A stretch of 64,000 nucleotides of DNA from Euryarchaeota archaeon SM23-78 (GTDB lineage Archaea > Nanobdellota > Nanobdellia > Woesearchaeales > SM23-78): NCBI GenBank assembly GCA_001595785.1, contig LSSJ01000021.1:5248-69247 (forward strand), read 5' to 3'. The translations under genes and the position numbers were made by a program. Positions 48,726-57,099 of this stretch are shown piece after piece. A model generated the notes under the pieces. The model was not told where the DNA came from. It worked only from the letters and a program-made list of their open reading frames with translations, and made no database searches. How positions within the stretch are numbered: position 1 is the first letter of the stretch; every line of letters starts with the position of its first letter.

Positions 48726-48946
48726 AAAAAGCCCGTCCGGCGCAAGTTTTACGAAAACTTGACTAAAGTGTACTACACTCGCAACAAAAACGTTGCTCGG
48801 TAGCACGGATAGGGGACTCCGGCCGAAGGCTAGGAGTCGCCTGCCTTTTGTAAACTCATCAGAAATGCTTAGCATTTCTGGAAGTCCCAAAAAGCTTTGC
48901 TTTTTGATGACTTTTGGTAATGAGCGTTAGCGAACGGGCGAAAAGT
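48726..48946 (-). ncRNA. candidate structured ncRNA A (paralog of 60920-61145), class unknown
   Basis: TATA-like TTTAAATTAAAT lies about 30 nt upstream. The 5' GCCCGT can pair with the 3' ACGGGC, followed by TTTTT. Internal hairpins are present. It shares a 35-nt 5' block and a covarying hairpin with element B. The downstream CBS gene has its own TATA. Confidence 0.35.
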
Positions 48947-48948
48947 TT

Positions 48949-49072
48949 GGCGTTTGAGGACTGATGAAAAATTTAATTTAAAATTAAAAAAACAAAGTTA
49001 AAATAAAATTTCAAAATTAAAAATTTAAAAAAAAATAATAATAACTGTGCTCGCTCACCTTCGGTTCGCGAG
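48949..49072 (-). repeat. composite intergenic repeat (GA-hairpin copy 4 + long AT spacer + end block)
   Basis: The minus strand reads CTCGCGAACCGAAGGTGAGCGAGCA (49048-49072), then a T-rich spacer, then TTCATCAGTCCTCAAACGCC. It lies directly 3' of the stop of gene 49087-50970. Confidence 0.65.
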
Positions 49073-49086
49073 AGAAAAAAGAAAAT

Positions 49087-50970
49087 TTAATAATTAATCA
49101 TTATCTCAACATCCTTGCCGAATATACTCTTCAAATCCTCGAATATGGGCTCTTTGATAAACACTTTTTCTGGCATCTCAAGTCCTGTCAAGGCCTTCTC
49201 ATATTCTTCCAGAGAACTTGATTTTATGTTCTTCAATGAACCTTGTGCTGTGATGTCTGCCTTTGAGATGTCTTTATCCTCATTATCAATATCATGAATA
49301 ATAAAGGCCTTTTTACCTAGCAACACTACTTCTCCGAACTTATTGCCGTGCTTTACTCTTATCCTTGCTTTCTCAAGCTCTAAGCCTCTTTTTCTCTGGA
49401 TGTATTCTACCAGAAATCTTAAGAGTTCTCTTGAATCCTTTTGCACACTATGCACTTCTGCTTTGGTGAGCTTCTTAGCATCATAATCCTTTTTAGCCTT
49501 CTCAATCTCTTTAAGGATTCTTAGGTACTTCTCAGGCATGAGTCCTTTATGAACTACTTCCTCTTCAAAGGTCTTTATTATGGCAGTATCCCTGACTTTC
49601 TCAACTCCTTCCATTCTTAGGATGTCTCTAACAACTGTAACAATATTTTCATAGCTGTGAAGCACACTCTCCTCTTCTTTCTTCTTCTCAATGGCTTTGA
49701 ACAATTCTTCTAAACGCTTAAGATACTTCTCAGCATCCTTTAGCAGTTTATCAACCTCTGCTCCTGTGAGCTCCTTTTTAGTGCCGTGCTCAAGCTCTTT
49801 TCTAATCTCAATGTTTCTCTTTAGAATATCAATGTACTCTTTTTCTAAAAGCTTTTCCTTGTTAACAAAGATATCAGTCATAACCTCAGGAGTCTCCTTA
49901 GGGGTTGGTGGTGGTATACCGTACATCATAAGAGCTGCTTGGCTTGGGGTAAGGATTGCATAAAAGGTGTCTTCCATACCAATATCCTTTATCTTGAACT
50001 TAATCCTCTCAAGCATCTGTTCTCCTGTGCTCATAAACATGTCAATGGCTTCTGGGCTTGGCTTGATTCTTCCCATCTGCAACAGCAGCTTCCAGGGCAT
50101 GAATATGCCTCTGTCATAAAAAGGAATACCATCTCTAAGAAAAGTAAAGAAGATAGGATTAGCCTCTTTAATGCCCTCCCAGAAATCAGTAAGAATCCAG
50201 ACCTGAATATTTATCTTGTTCTCAATGCCTGTGAGCTTACCAGCTTCAAAGCCCATGCTAATAATTATAGCCCTAAGCTTATCCTTGAGTTCAGCCCTGG
50301 TCATCTTCTTAACATCAGTATCATCAACAATGATGCACACATCAATATCACTGGTATGAGTTGCTTTGCCCTGAACAATGCTTCCTGCTAATATATAAGA
50401 GACAATGTACTTCTCAAACTTCTTAAGCACCATGTTCTTATGAATCTCAGCTATCTTAATAGCTGCAAGCATGCCAGTATCATGCACAGGAGCACTCAAA
50501 GCAATCATCTGCAATATCTCATACTTGGCATCATAACAAGCCTGCCACACTTCTGTTAATATAATTGTCTTAGGAGCCAGGTTCTTATCCACCTCTTCTG
50601 CCATCTTATCAATAATACCGCTCAGTCTTTCCTTAAGCTCCTCCTTGGTCATTTTCTGAGAATCAGAATCATCAACTAATACAAGCACATTAATCTTTTC
50701 TTTTTTCTCATCTTCTTTGTCAGGTGGTAGAAGAGCAACCCCCATTATATAGCCTTCAAACTTGCTTACAATCTTGTCCTTAAAAGCCTCTAGCTTGTCC
50801 TTAATCTCTTCTAATCTCTTCTTAGCCTCATCAGGAATCTTCTCAGCCATTTTATCAAGTTCCTTGTTAAGAACACCATCCTTTTTCTTCTCTTCCTGCT
50901 TCTTAAGCACTTTTTCTGCTTCCTCTTTCTTAACAGCAGCTACTTTTTTTGCCTTCATCTTCTTTGCCAA
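49087..50970 (-). CDS. fused nucleotidyltransferase (degenerate + active minimal NTase) protein with possible HEPN-like C-terminal region
   Basis: GSIVQGKATHTSDIDVCIIVDD is a classic minimal NTase motif. An earlier NVLVLVDDSD segment lacks the GS/DxD residues. One Rx4H (RKELEH) lies in the helical C-terminal part. Confidence 0.45.
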   Translation of the reverse strand: MAKKMKAKKVAAVKKEEAEKVLKKQEEKKKDGVLNKELDKMAEKIPDEAKKRLEEIKDKLEAFKDKIVSKFEGYIMGVALLPPDKEDEKKEKINVLVLVDDSDSQKMTKEELKERLSGIIDKMAEEVDKNLAPKTIILTEVWQACYDAKYEILQMIALSAPVHDTGMLAAIKIAEIHKNMVLKKFEKYIVSYILAGSIVQGKATHTSDIDVCIIVDDTDVKKMTRAELKDKLRAIIISMGFEAGKLTGIENKINIQVWILTDFWEGIKEANPIFFTFLRDGIPFYDRGIFMPWKLLLQMGRIKPSPEAIDMFMSTGEQMLERIKFKIKDIGMEDTFYAILTPSQAALMMYGIPPPTPKETPEVMTDIFVNKEKLLEKEYIDILKRNIEIRKELEHGTKKELTGAEVDKLLKDAEKYLKRLEELFKAIEKKKEEESVLHSYENIVTVVRDILRMEGVEKVRDTAIIKTFEEEVVHKGLMPEKYLRILKEIEKAKKDYDAKKLTKAEVHSVQKDSRELLRFLVEYIQRKRGLELEKARIRVKHGNKFGEVVLLGKKAFIIHDIDNEDKDISKADITAQGSLKNIKSSSLEEYEKALTGLEMPEKVFIKEPIFEDLKSIFGKDVEIMINY

Positions 50971-51104
50971 GAAAAACCACCTCTTTAGCCTTGTACAGCA
51001 TTATGATTATTACGAAAAGTAGAGAGTAGAAAAGGTTTATAAAGGTTATGCTTGAGAATAAGAAAAAAAGAGAAAACAAATTTTTATTTGTTTTCTTAAG
51101 TTTT

Positions 51105-51944
51105 CTATTCTTTCTTTAAAGGCAGGTACTCTTCTTCAGCCTCTTTACCTAATAGCCTACCATATTTACTTAATAAATCTGTGTGACCAAGGTGTGCTAT
51201 GGTCTCCTTAGGCTGTAAGTTCCTTTCCTCTAGTTGTTTTATAAAGTATTTCTTAATCTTGGGTGCATCTTCTAACCTAAAGTAGTGGTCCATGATACGC
51301 TGCTGAGTATGCATTGAATAGCCTGTAATAGTATCCTCACTAAGAGTATCAAGGTAACTTTCAACCTCAACTCTTTGTTTTCCTTTTAATGTGTTGGCAA
51401 GTGCTTGGATACTCATTATTCTCTGCCCTTTTCCCTTGTCTGCTCCAGCAGCTATCATACGATCAAAAAGTGCGGCTTTAAACTTAAATATCTCTTCTTC
51501 TGTGTAAAGCGTTCCATCAGATTTTCCTTTTTTCAGGTCTTCTTCAAGCTCCTTCCAGTGCTCATAAGTGGTATGTTTTAAGAACTCATCCATAAACGGA
51601 CCCAGCACTTTTCTAATATCTTCCTCTCTTTCTAATTTATCAGTATCCCTCCCTAATATTTTATAAAGCGAATTCAAGGCATAGTACTTGGCACCTTTCT
51701 CTTTGGTAGGATGCCCTCCTCTGACAATTGCACCTAAGTCCTTCATAAATCTTTCCTGAAACTTGTGTTCAGGATGATGATAATACTCAAACAGTTTTAA
51801 TTTATCTTCTAGTGACTCAGGGGGTTTTTCCTTGAAGCCAGCTTCTTTCTCAAGAAGCCCTTTTATATTGTAGAATCTGTCAGGATGTTTTCCAATATCA
51901 TCATCAATTTGTGGTATTTTTTTCTCTTCAGCCATAAGTATCAC
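51105..51944 (-). CDS. hypothetical protein
   Basis: 279-aa ORF. No recognisable motifs. Confidence 0.4.
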   Translation of the reverse strand: MILMAEEKKIPQIDDDIGKHPDRFYNIKGLLEKEAGFKEKPPESLEDKLKLFEYYHHPEHKFQERFMKDLGAIVRGGHPTKEKGAKYYALNSLYKILGRDTDKLEREEDIRKVLGPFMDEFLKHTTYEHWKELEEDLKKGKSDGTLYTEEEIFKFKAALFDRMIAAGADKGKGQRIMSIQALANTLKGKQRVEVESYLDTLSEDTITGYSMHTQQRIMDHYFRLEDAPKIKKYFIKQLEERNLQPKETIAHLGHTDLLSKYGRLLGKEAEEEYLPLKKE

Positions 51945-52069
51945 CCATTATTTTTATTATTATTTTAGAACTAGTATTCTTTGATTTAAATCTTTCGATT
52001 CTCAAGCCCTTTTTTCGTTAAATTTATATATCCTCAACCTTATTTTTAAGGAGAGGTGAGTAATTTATC

Positions 52070-53272
52070 ATGGCAGACACTCTTCTGAAATATGTTGAGG
52101 AGCAGCTAAAAAAGGGTTATAAACCAGATGCTATTAAGGCTTCGCTTATCAGGCAGGGCTACAGCCCAAGCCTGGTTGAGGGAGTGATTGATTCTGTGAT
52201 GATGAAGCAAACCTCTGCTAAAGGAGCTTCTACTCTGACTGGGGTGAGCCATGAGAAAACTGTTCTCTCAAAAGTACTCATTATCTTTGGATTCTTGGTG
52301 ATTGTGATTCTTGGAATTGTTTTTCTCCCAGACATAATAAAAGGAAAAGAGGCCTTGCTAGATGTAGAGGCAAGCCCTAACAAGCTCATATATTATCAAG
52401 GAGAAGAGCTAGGCTTTGATGTGAAGATTACTAACATGGGCTCTACCAAGGATCCCTTTGATACCAATCTTATCTATAGGCTGCTAGATGAGGATGAGAA
52501 CACTGTTCTAAGCAAGGAAGAGACTATTGCTGTAAGCACAACCATGAGTCATTATAAAACCCTTGAGTTGCCTCTTAATATAAGACCTGGAAGTTATACT
52601 CTAAAAATATTTGCTAATTATGAACAAAAAGTAGCTACTGCTTCCTTCTCTTTTAATGTAGAGGAAAAAACCACGGTTGTTGAGAGTTGCCATGACAATG
52701 TTAAGAACCAGAACGAGATAGCACCAGACTGCGGAGGAGTGTGCACAAGCATAAACGGAGCTTATTGGTATGATGGAGCGTGTCACAAGGAGCCAAAACC
52801 AGGGCCGCCTCCAAAAGAGACTTGTAATGATGGTATTAAGAATCAGGATGAGGTAGGACCTGATTGTGGAGGAGTGTGCGGAGGCTATTGGTATGATGAC
52901 TCTTGCCATTTATCTCCTAAACCTAAACCTAGCGATGAGCCTAGTGTGGCAGAAAAGATTATGCAAGCAAGTAGCCTTGCAAAGACTAACCCTGAGCAAG
53001 CAAAGAATATTTGTCTAAGCTTGGAAAACACTAATGATAAGGATAGGTGTTTGAAAACAATAGCTTCAATTAGTATGAAGAAAGAGTACTGTGATTTAAT
53101 AGTAAATGTAAATGAGAGAGATGAGTGCTATATTCCCTTCTTTATGCAAAACGATTTCTCTGTTTGTGAAAAAATAACTGACCCTCAGAGCAGAGCAGCT
53201 TGTGAGCAAATGAGAGATATATATCGAGTATTACAAGAGTTGAATCAGACGAATCAGACCAACCCTACATAA
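52070..53272 (+). CDS. membrane-anchored surface protein with Ig/CARDB-like domain and two DCGG Cys modules
   Basis: GGAGAGGTGA upstream. TM helix VLIIFGFLVIVILGIVFL. CHDNVKNQNEIAPDCGGVC and CNDGIKNQDEVGPDCGGVC (about 52688-52880). Confidence 0.6.
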   Translation: MADTLLKYVEEQLKKGYKPDAIKASLIRQGYSPSLVEGVIDSVMMKQTSAKGASTLTGVSHEKTVLSKVLIIFGFLVIVILGIVFLPDIIKGKEALLDVEASPNKLIYYQGEELGFDVKITNMGSTKDPFDTNLIYRLLDEDENTVLSKEETIAVSTTMSHYKTLELPLNIRPGSYTLKIFANYEQKVATASFSFNVEEKTTVVESCHDNVKNQNEIAPDCGGVCTSINGAYWYDGACHKEPKPGPPPKETCNDGIKNQDEVGPDCGGVCGGYWYDDSCHLSPKPKPSDEPSVAEKIMQASSLAKTNPEQAKNICLSLENTNDKDRCLKTIASISMKKEYCDLIVNVNERDECYIPFFMQNDFSVCEKITDPQSRAACEQMRDIYRVLQELNQTNQTNPT

Positions 53273-53303
53273 CTTCCCCTGCATAACTTATTAAACACAT
53301 AAA

Positions 53304-55610
53304 TTACTTAAACACAGGCATTACTTCTGCTTTATAAGTTCTAGAATAATCATCTATTTTATCCATCTCTTCCAATTGTTCTAGACATGCTCCTGGAGGA
53401 ACACTGTTTTGTAGGTTGGGTAGTTTTAACACTCTGAAATCAAGCTCTTGGCTGTTGTCAAGCTGTGCTGAGGTTATTTTTAACAAACCTGTTGTACTAG
53501 TTTTTATCTCTACTCCTCCCCAAGGAGCCGGATCTAAAACAACCTCTGGGTCAGGGAAATAGGTATGCTCTGTACACCCAATACCAAGTAAACCTCTCTT
53601 GCTACACACCCTTGAGCAGTTTGCAGGGATAGTAACACCATTATAATCAATAAGATTAGCTGTTACCTCATACTCACTAGGCACTAGTTTTATAGCGCCC
53701 TTACTAACACCTTCCCTTCCAAATATTATTGTATTTGTTAACGGACTGGTTCCTGCTTCAAACCCTGTCTGAGTAATGGTCAGTATTACTTGTTCAGCTC
53801 CCTCATCAATACCCTGTAATAAACCTATGCTGTCAGGCCCTGGTTCCCATTCCCAATCATCATTCCTATTAAATATTTTCTGTATCTCAAGCTTCTTAAC
53901 ACTAGCATTAATCTCTCTTATTATCTCAAGCTTTTGAGTTGGGAGCAAAGCCCCTTTTCCTTCCTGGGTGCTGAGCATAATTGTTTTTGAACCATACCCC
54001 TCCTTACTGAGAGCAAGGTATCCTCCTTGACATATTGGAAGCTTGCCTTTCCACTCACCTGCTGTGTCTGTTATACCCGCCCAGCACTCATCATAATCAC
54101 CACAGCCATAACTCACACTTACTCCTTCAAGAGGAGCTTTATGCTTTGCATCAGTTGCTCTTAAACTAACCTCTCCTGATAACCAAGTGGCTTCATCACA
54201 GAACAAGCTCTTAGTGGTGCTTCTTGGTTTTAAATTAATTGGATTACCATCAGCATCATGAATACTATCTTCTGGAAAGGTGAAGGTTGTATTAATATAG
54301 GAATAATCCCAGTCAACTGTTCCTAGCCCAAGATTCCATGCTAACACTCCTTTATTCTCAATTAGATTACTTTCCAAGGCAAACAGGAAGCTGTACTCTG
54401 GGATGTCTGTTGTTGGCTCATAACCCCTTATCTCAACAATAACAGGGTAAGCAACATCATAGTAGAACTTATAAGTATTGAATTCTCTCTTAGGAATATA
54501 CTGGTTACCTTCTTGTACCTCAATATTTGGCTTTATACGGTCTCCTTTTGAAGGCTGAACCCTCATGCTTAGAGTGTTATCAGGATAAAAAAAGGTTATT
54601 GCTATGTTTGGCAGGCTCTCATTGAATATCTCCATGCTTAGACTCTTATAAAAAGAAGCCTCAACATCATCTCCTTGAACTGTTATTGGTTCATAACCCT
54701 TTGTGCCTACTACTTGTAGAGTAGGGGTATAGCTCCTTAAGAGCCCACTAAAATCAGTCCAAACCTTGATGTTGCTCCAGGTAATCACATAAGGTACATT
54801 GGTGTAGTCTATCATTGGTGGAAGCATGTTAGAGTCAAGCCCTGAGTAATAAGATATAAGGCTGAGGGTAAAGCTTTCTAAGAACTGGCTTATTAGTTCT
54901 GCACCCATCATGTTAAGAGCAAGCTCATAATATTTTTTAAAAGGAAACCTTACTATGTTATGGTGTTGTTTAATCCTTGCCTTAACATTCTCTTTGGTCA
55001 GGTTTAACTCATAGTTAACATAGAATTCTATCTTATCATCTTTTATATAAGTGGTTGTTTTAATATTATCATCATCAGCATCAACATCATATTGTTTTTC
55101 TAATTCTTTAAATCCTCTAGTGCATTTAGGGAGTTCTCTGCTCATATACACGCTAAGCTGATACTCCATGCTCTGAATAGTTGGAGCAAATGAACCTAAT
55201 CTGTAGTTAAGATAATCTGATTTGCCAGGAACATGTAGATAGTAAGGCACAAGCCCATCCTCATCCCCTGTTAATGAGGTTAGTTCATAGCTTGTTGGTG
55301 CACTAGGATTATACCGCAGGAGGACTGGTGTAAGCTCAGAGTCTAATGGATCAATGTATCCTCCATGCATACCCATCTCCTTTAATGCTTTTATTCCAAC
55401 ATCATGTATACAGGCTTCTACATAGGAACTTACAACCTTGAATTCTTCTGGCACCTCTTCTACTTCAGAACCGTCTTCAATAGAAAGTCTTCTAAAAACA
55501 GCAAAGTATAATATCAGGAATGCTATTAAAATGACTAATGCAAGAATCACAAACAAGGTAATCTGAGCCTTTCTTTCACCTCTTTTTTGAAGCATTTTTG
55601 CACCGTCCAA
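53304..55610 (-). CDS. large extracellular protein with type IV pilin-like (class III) signal peptide
   Basis: N-terminus ..KRGERKA|QITLFVILALVILIAFLILYF shows basic residues, a small residue, Q, then a hydrophobic helix. 768 aa. Alternative start at 55595. Confidence 0.55.
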   Translation of the reverse strand: MDGAKMLQKRGERKAQITLFVILALVILIAFLILYFAVFRRLSIEDGSEVEEVPEEFKVVSSYVEACIHDVGIKALKEMGMHGGYIDPLDSELTPVLLRYNPSAPTSYELTSLTGDEDGLVPYYLHVPGKSDYLNYRLGSFAPTIQSMEYQLSVYMSRELPKCTRGFKELEKQYDVDADDDNIKTTTYIKDDKIEFYVNYELNLTKENVKARIKQHHNIVRFPFKKYYELALNMMGAELISQFLESFTLSLISYYSGLDSNMLPPMIDYTNVPYVITWSNIKVWTDFSGLLRSYTPTLQVVGTKGYEPITVQGDDVEASFYKSLSMEIFNESLPNIAITFFYPDNTLSMRVQPSKGDRIKPNIEVQEGNQYIPKREFNTYKFYYDVAYPVIVEIRGYEPTTDIPEYSFLFALESNLIENKGVLAWNLGLGTVDWDYSYINTTFTFPEDSIHDADGNPINLKPRSTTKSLFCDEATWLSGEVSLRATDAKHKAPLEGVSVSYGCGDYDECWAGITDTAGEWKGKLPICQGGYLALSKEGYGSKTIMLSTQEGKGALLPTQKLEIIREINASVKKLEIQKIFNRNDDWEWEPGPDSIGLLQGIDEGAEQVILTITQTGFEAGTSPLTNTIIFGREGVSKGAIKLVPSEYEVTANLIDYNGVTIPANCSRVCSKRGLLGIGCTEHTYFPDPEVVLDPAPWGGVEIKTSTTGLLKITSAQLDNSQELDFRVLKLPNLQNSVPPGACLEQLEEMDKIDDYSRTYKAEVMPVFK

Positions 55611-55615
55611 AGTTT

Positions 55616-56440
55616 TTAATTTTTTATGTGCTTAGTAATATTAATAATATATATAATATAATTCCTTACCCACCCCATGAAAAACAGGGCAAATATTAAG
55701 GTGATTATTGCGAATAAAACAGGGATTTCAATGAACAAACCAGTGATTAAGAGCAGGATTAACATTAGTAGAATGGCTGTGATTAAGAAAAATATAAACC
55801 AATGAACTCTCTTAATACATTTAAAGAACTTGGAAAAGTTCTGTCTTAGAGTTTTCTTTTCATCAAAAACAGTTCTAAGGGCAGGGTCAGAGTAGAGGAA
55901 GAACAAGAATTCAATTAGAATAAAAAAGGTTGCTACTGGAATTACAAAAACATTTATGGTTATAATAAGAATTATTATCCAAGCAATTAACCACACAAAA
56001 TTCAGTAAAAAATATTTTCTAAAAGCAAGTGTACTGAACTTTTTCTTCAATCTTATACTCCAAGCCTTGCCATAGAACAAAGAGATAAAGAAGACTAAGA
56101 GTAAGCAGGTAATAATAGAGATGATAAGGGACAGCCATAAAACCCTGTTAAGCACAGGAGCAAACTCTACTATTGCTTGTTGAAAAACCTCTTCATTACC
56201 ATTTTGCCCTAACTGATAAACATTTAATAATTTAGGAAAGGCTGGTACACTTACAAGATTGATGAATAAGGCACCTATATTCAGGACAATAAGAATGGCT
56301 ATTAAGGTTAAGAAGTCATAAAGCATGGCTTTAAAAAAAGCCTTGTTAGGAATATTCCTAAAACTCGCTAATAAGGCGTCTCTTTGAGTAAGCCAGTACT
56401 TAGTGCTCTTGCTCTTTTTTTGTTTTCTAATCATCCTCAT
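55616..56440 (-). CDS. hypothetical polytopic membrane protein
   Basis: 274 aa with about 6 TM helices. 4-nt overlap with the upstream gene. Confidence 0.55.
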   Translation of the reverse strand: MRMIRKQKKSKSTKYWLTQRDALLASFRNIPNKAFFKAMLYDFLTLIAILIVLNIGALFINLVSVPAFPKLLNVYQLGQNGNEEVFQQAIVEFAPVLNRVLWLSLIISIITCLLLVFFISLFYGKAWSIRLKKKFSTLAFRKYFLLNFVWLIAWIIILIITINVFVIPVATFFILIEFLFFLYSDPALRTVFDEKKTLRQNFSKFFKCIKRVHWFIFFLITAILLMLILLLITGLFIEIPVLFAIITLIFALFFMGWVRNYIIYIINITKHIKN

Positions 56441-57099
56441 TTTTCCACAACACTAACAATCACCTCATTAACCACAGTACTTCCATAATCCCTGTACTCA
56501 AGCACAACCTTATCATACTCTTTTTTAAGGTAACGAGCATCAAAGCCACTATCACCAACATATCTACTCACATCTTCCCAATCAGTATCCTTAGTGCCTT
56601 TCTTGCCAACAAAATACTCTTGATCAGAGTCTTTTTTAAGATAAACCCTGTACAAAGCATCATTACTATAAGGCATGATATACCAAGAAACTGAGTAAAG
56701 ATAGGTATTGTTAAAGCCTTTCTGCTTTATAGCAGAGACTGTGACGGTAGTTGTATAAATTCTCCACTCCTCCTCAATATCTTCCATAACAACATTCCTA
56801 ATATTCATTACATCAGTTGTAAGACCAATAAGACACACCTCTCTCTCCCAGTTAGCCAAGCCAAAGAAAGTATCATTATACCAACCATAAACATCAGCAT
56901 TATCATAAGGGTTTATCTCGCCTTTGGGAGGAATAAAAGGCCATAAAGAGTACCAGAAATTATGAAGAACATTTGATTGATTCCCACCATAATCCTTAAA
57001 CCATCCAGGCCTATAATCATCAACAGACACTCCTATTACAAGGAAACAATTAATCATGAACAATAATACAGTTATTACTACAAGTTTCTTAATCATCAT
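56437..57099 (-). CDS. hypothetical membrane-anchored protein
   Basis: I prefer the start at MMIKKLVVITVLLFMINCFLVIGV (57099), which overlaps the upstream stop (ATGATGATTAA). The tracked ORF extends to 57192. Confidence 0.5.
   Translation of the reverse strand: MMIKKLVVITVLLFMINCFLVIGVSVDDYRPGWFKDYGGNQSNVLHNFWYSLWPFIPPKGEINPYDNADVYGWYNDTFFGLANWEREVCLIGLTTDVMNIRNVVMEDIEEEWRIYTTTVTVSAIKQKGFNNTYLYSVSWYIMPYSNDALYRVYLKKDSDQEYFVGKKGTKDTDWEDVSRYVGDSGFDARYLKKEYDKVVLEYRDYGSTVVNEVIVSVVEK

Noticed and set aside
48675-48890. Tracked 71-aa ORF on the minus strand upstream of the CBS gene
   Set aside because: It lies wholly within candidate ncRNA A, whose hairpins explain the open frame. No TATA or SD context fits it.
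48950-49050. AT-rich tract with reiterated AAAATT(T)AAAA as a replication origin
   Set aside because: No ORB-like inverted repeats and no adjacent orc1/cdc6 gene. It is the spacer of the composite repeat family.
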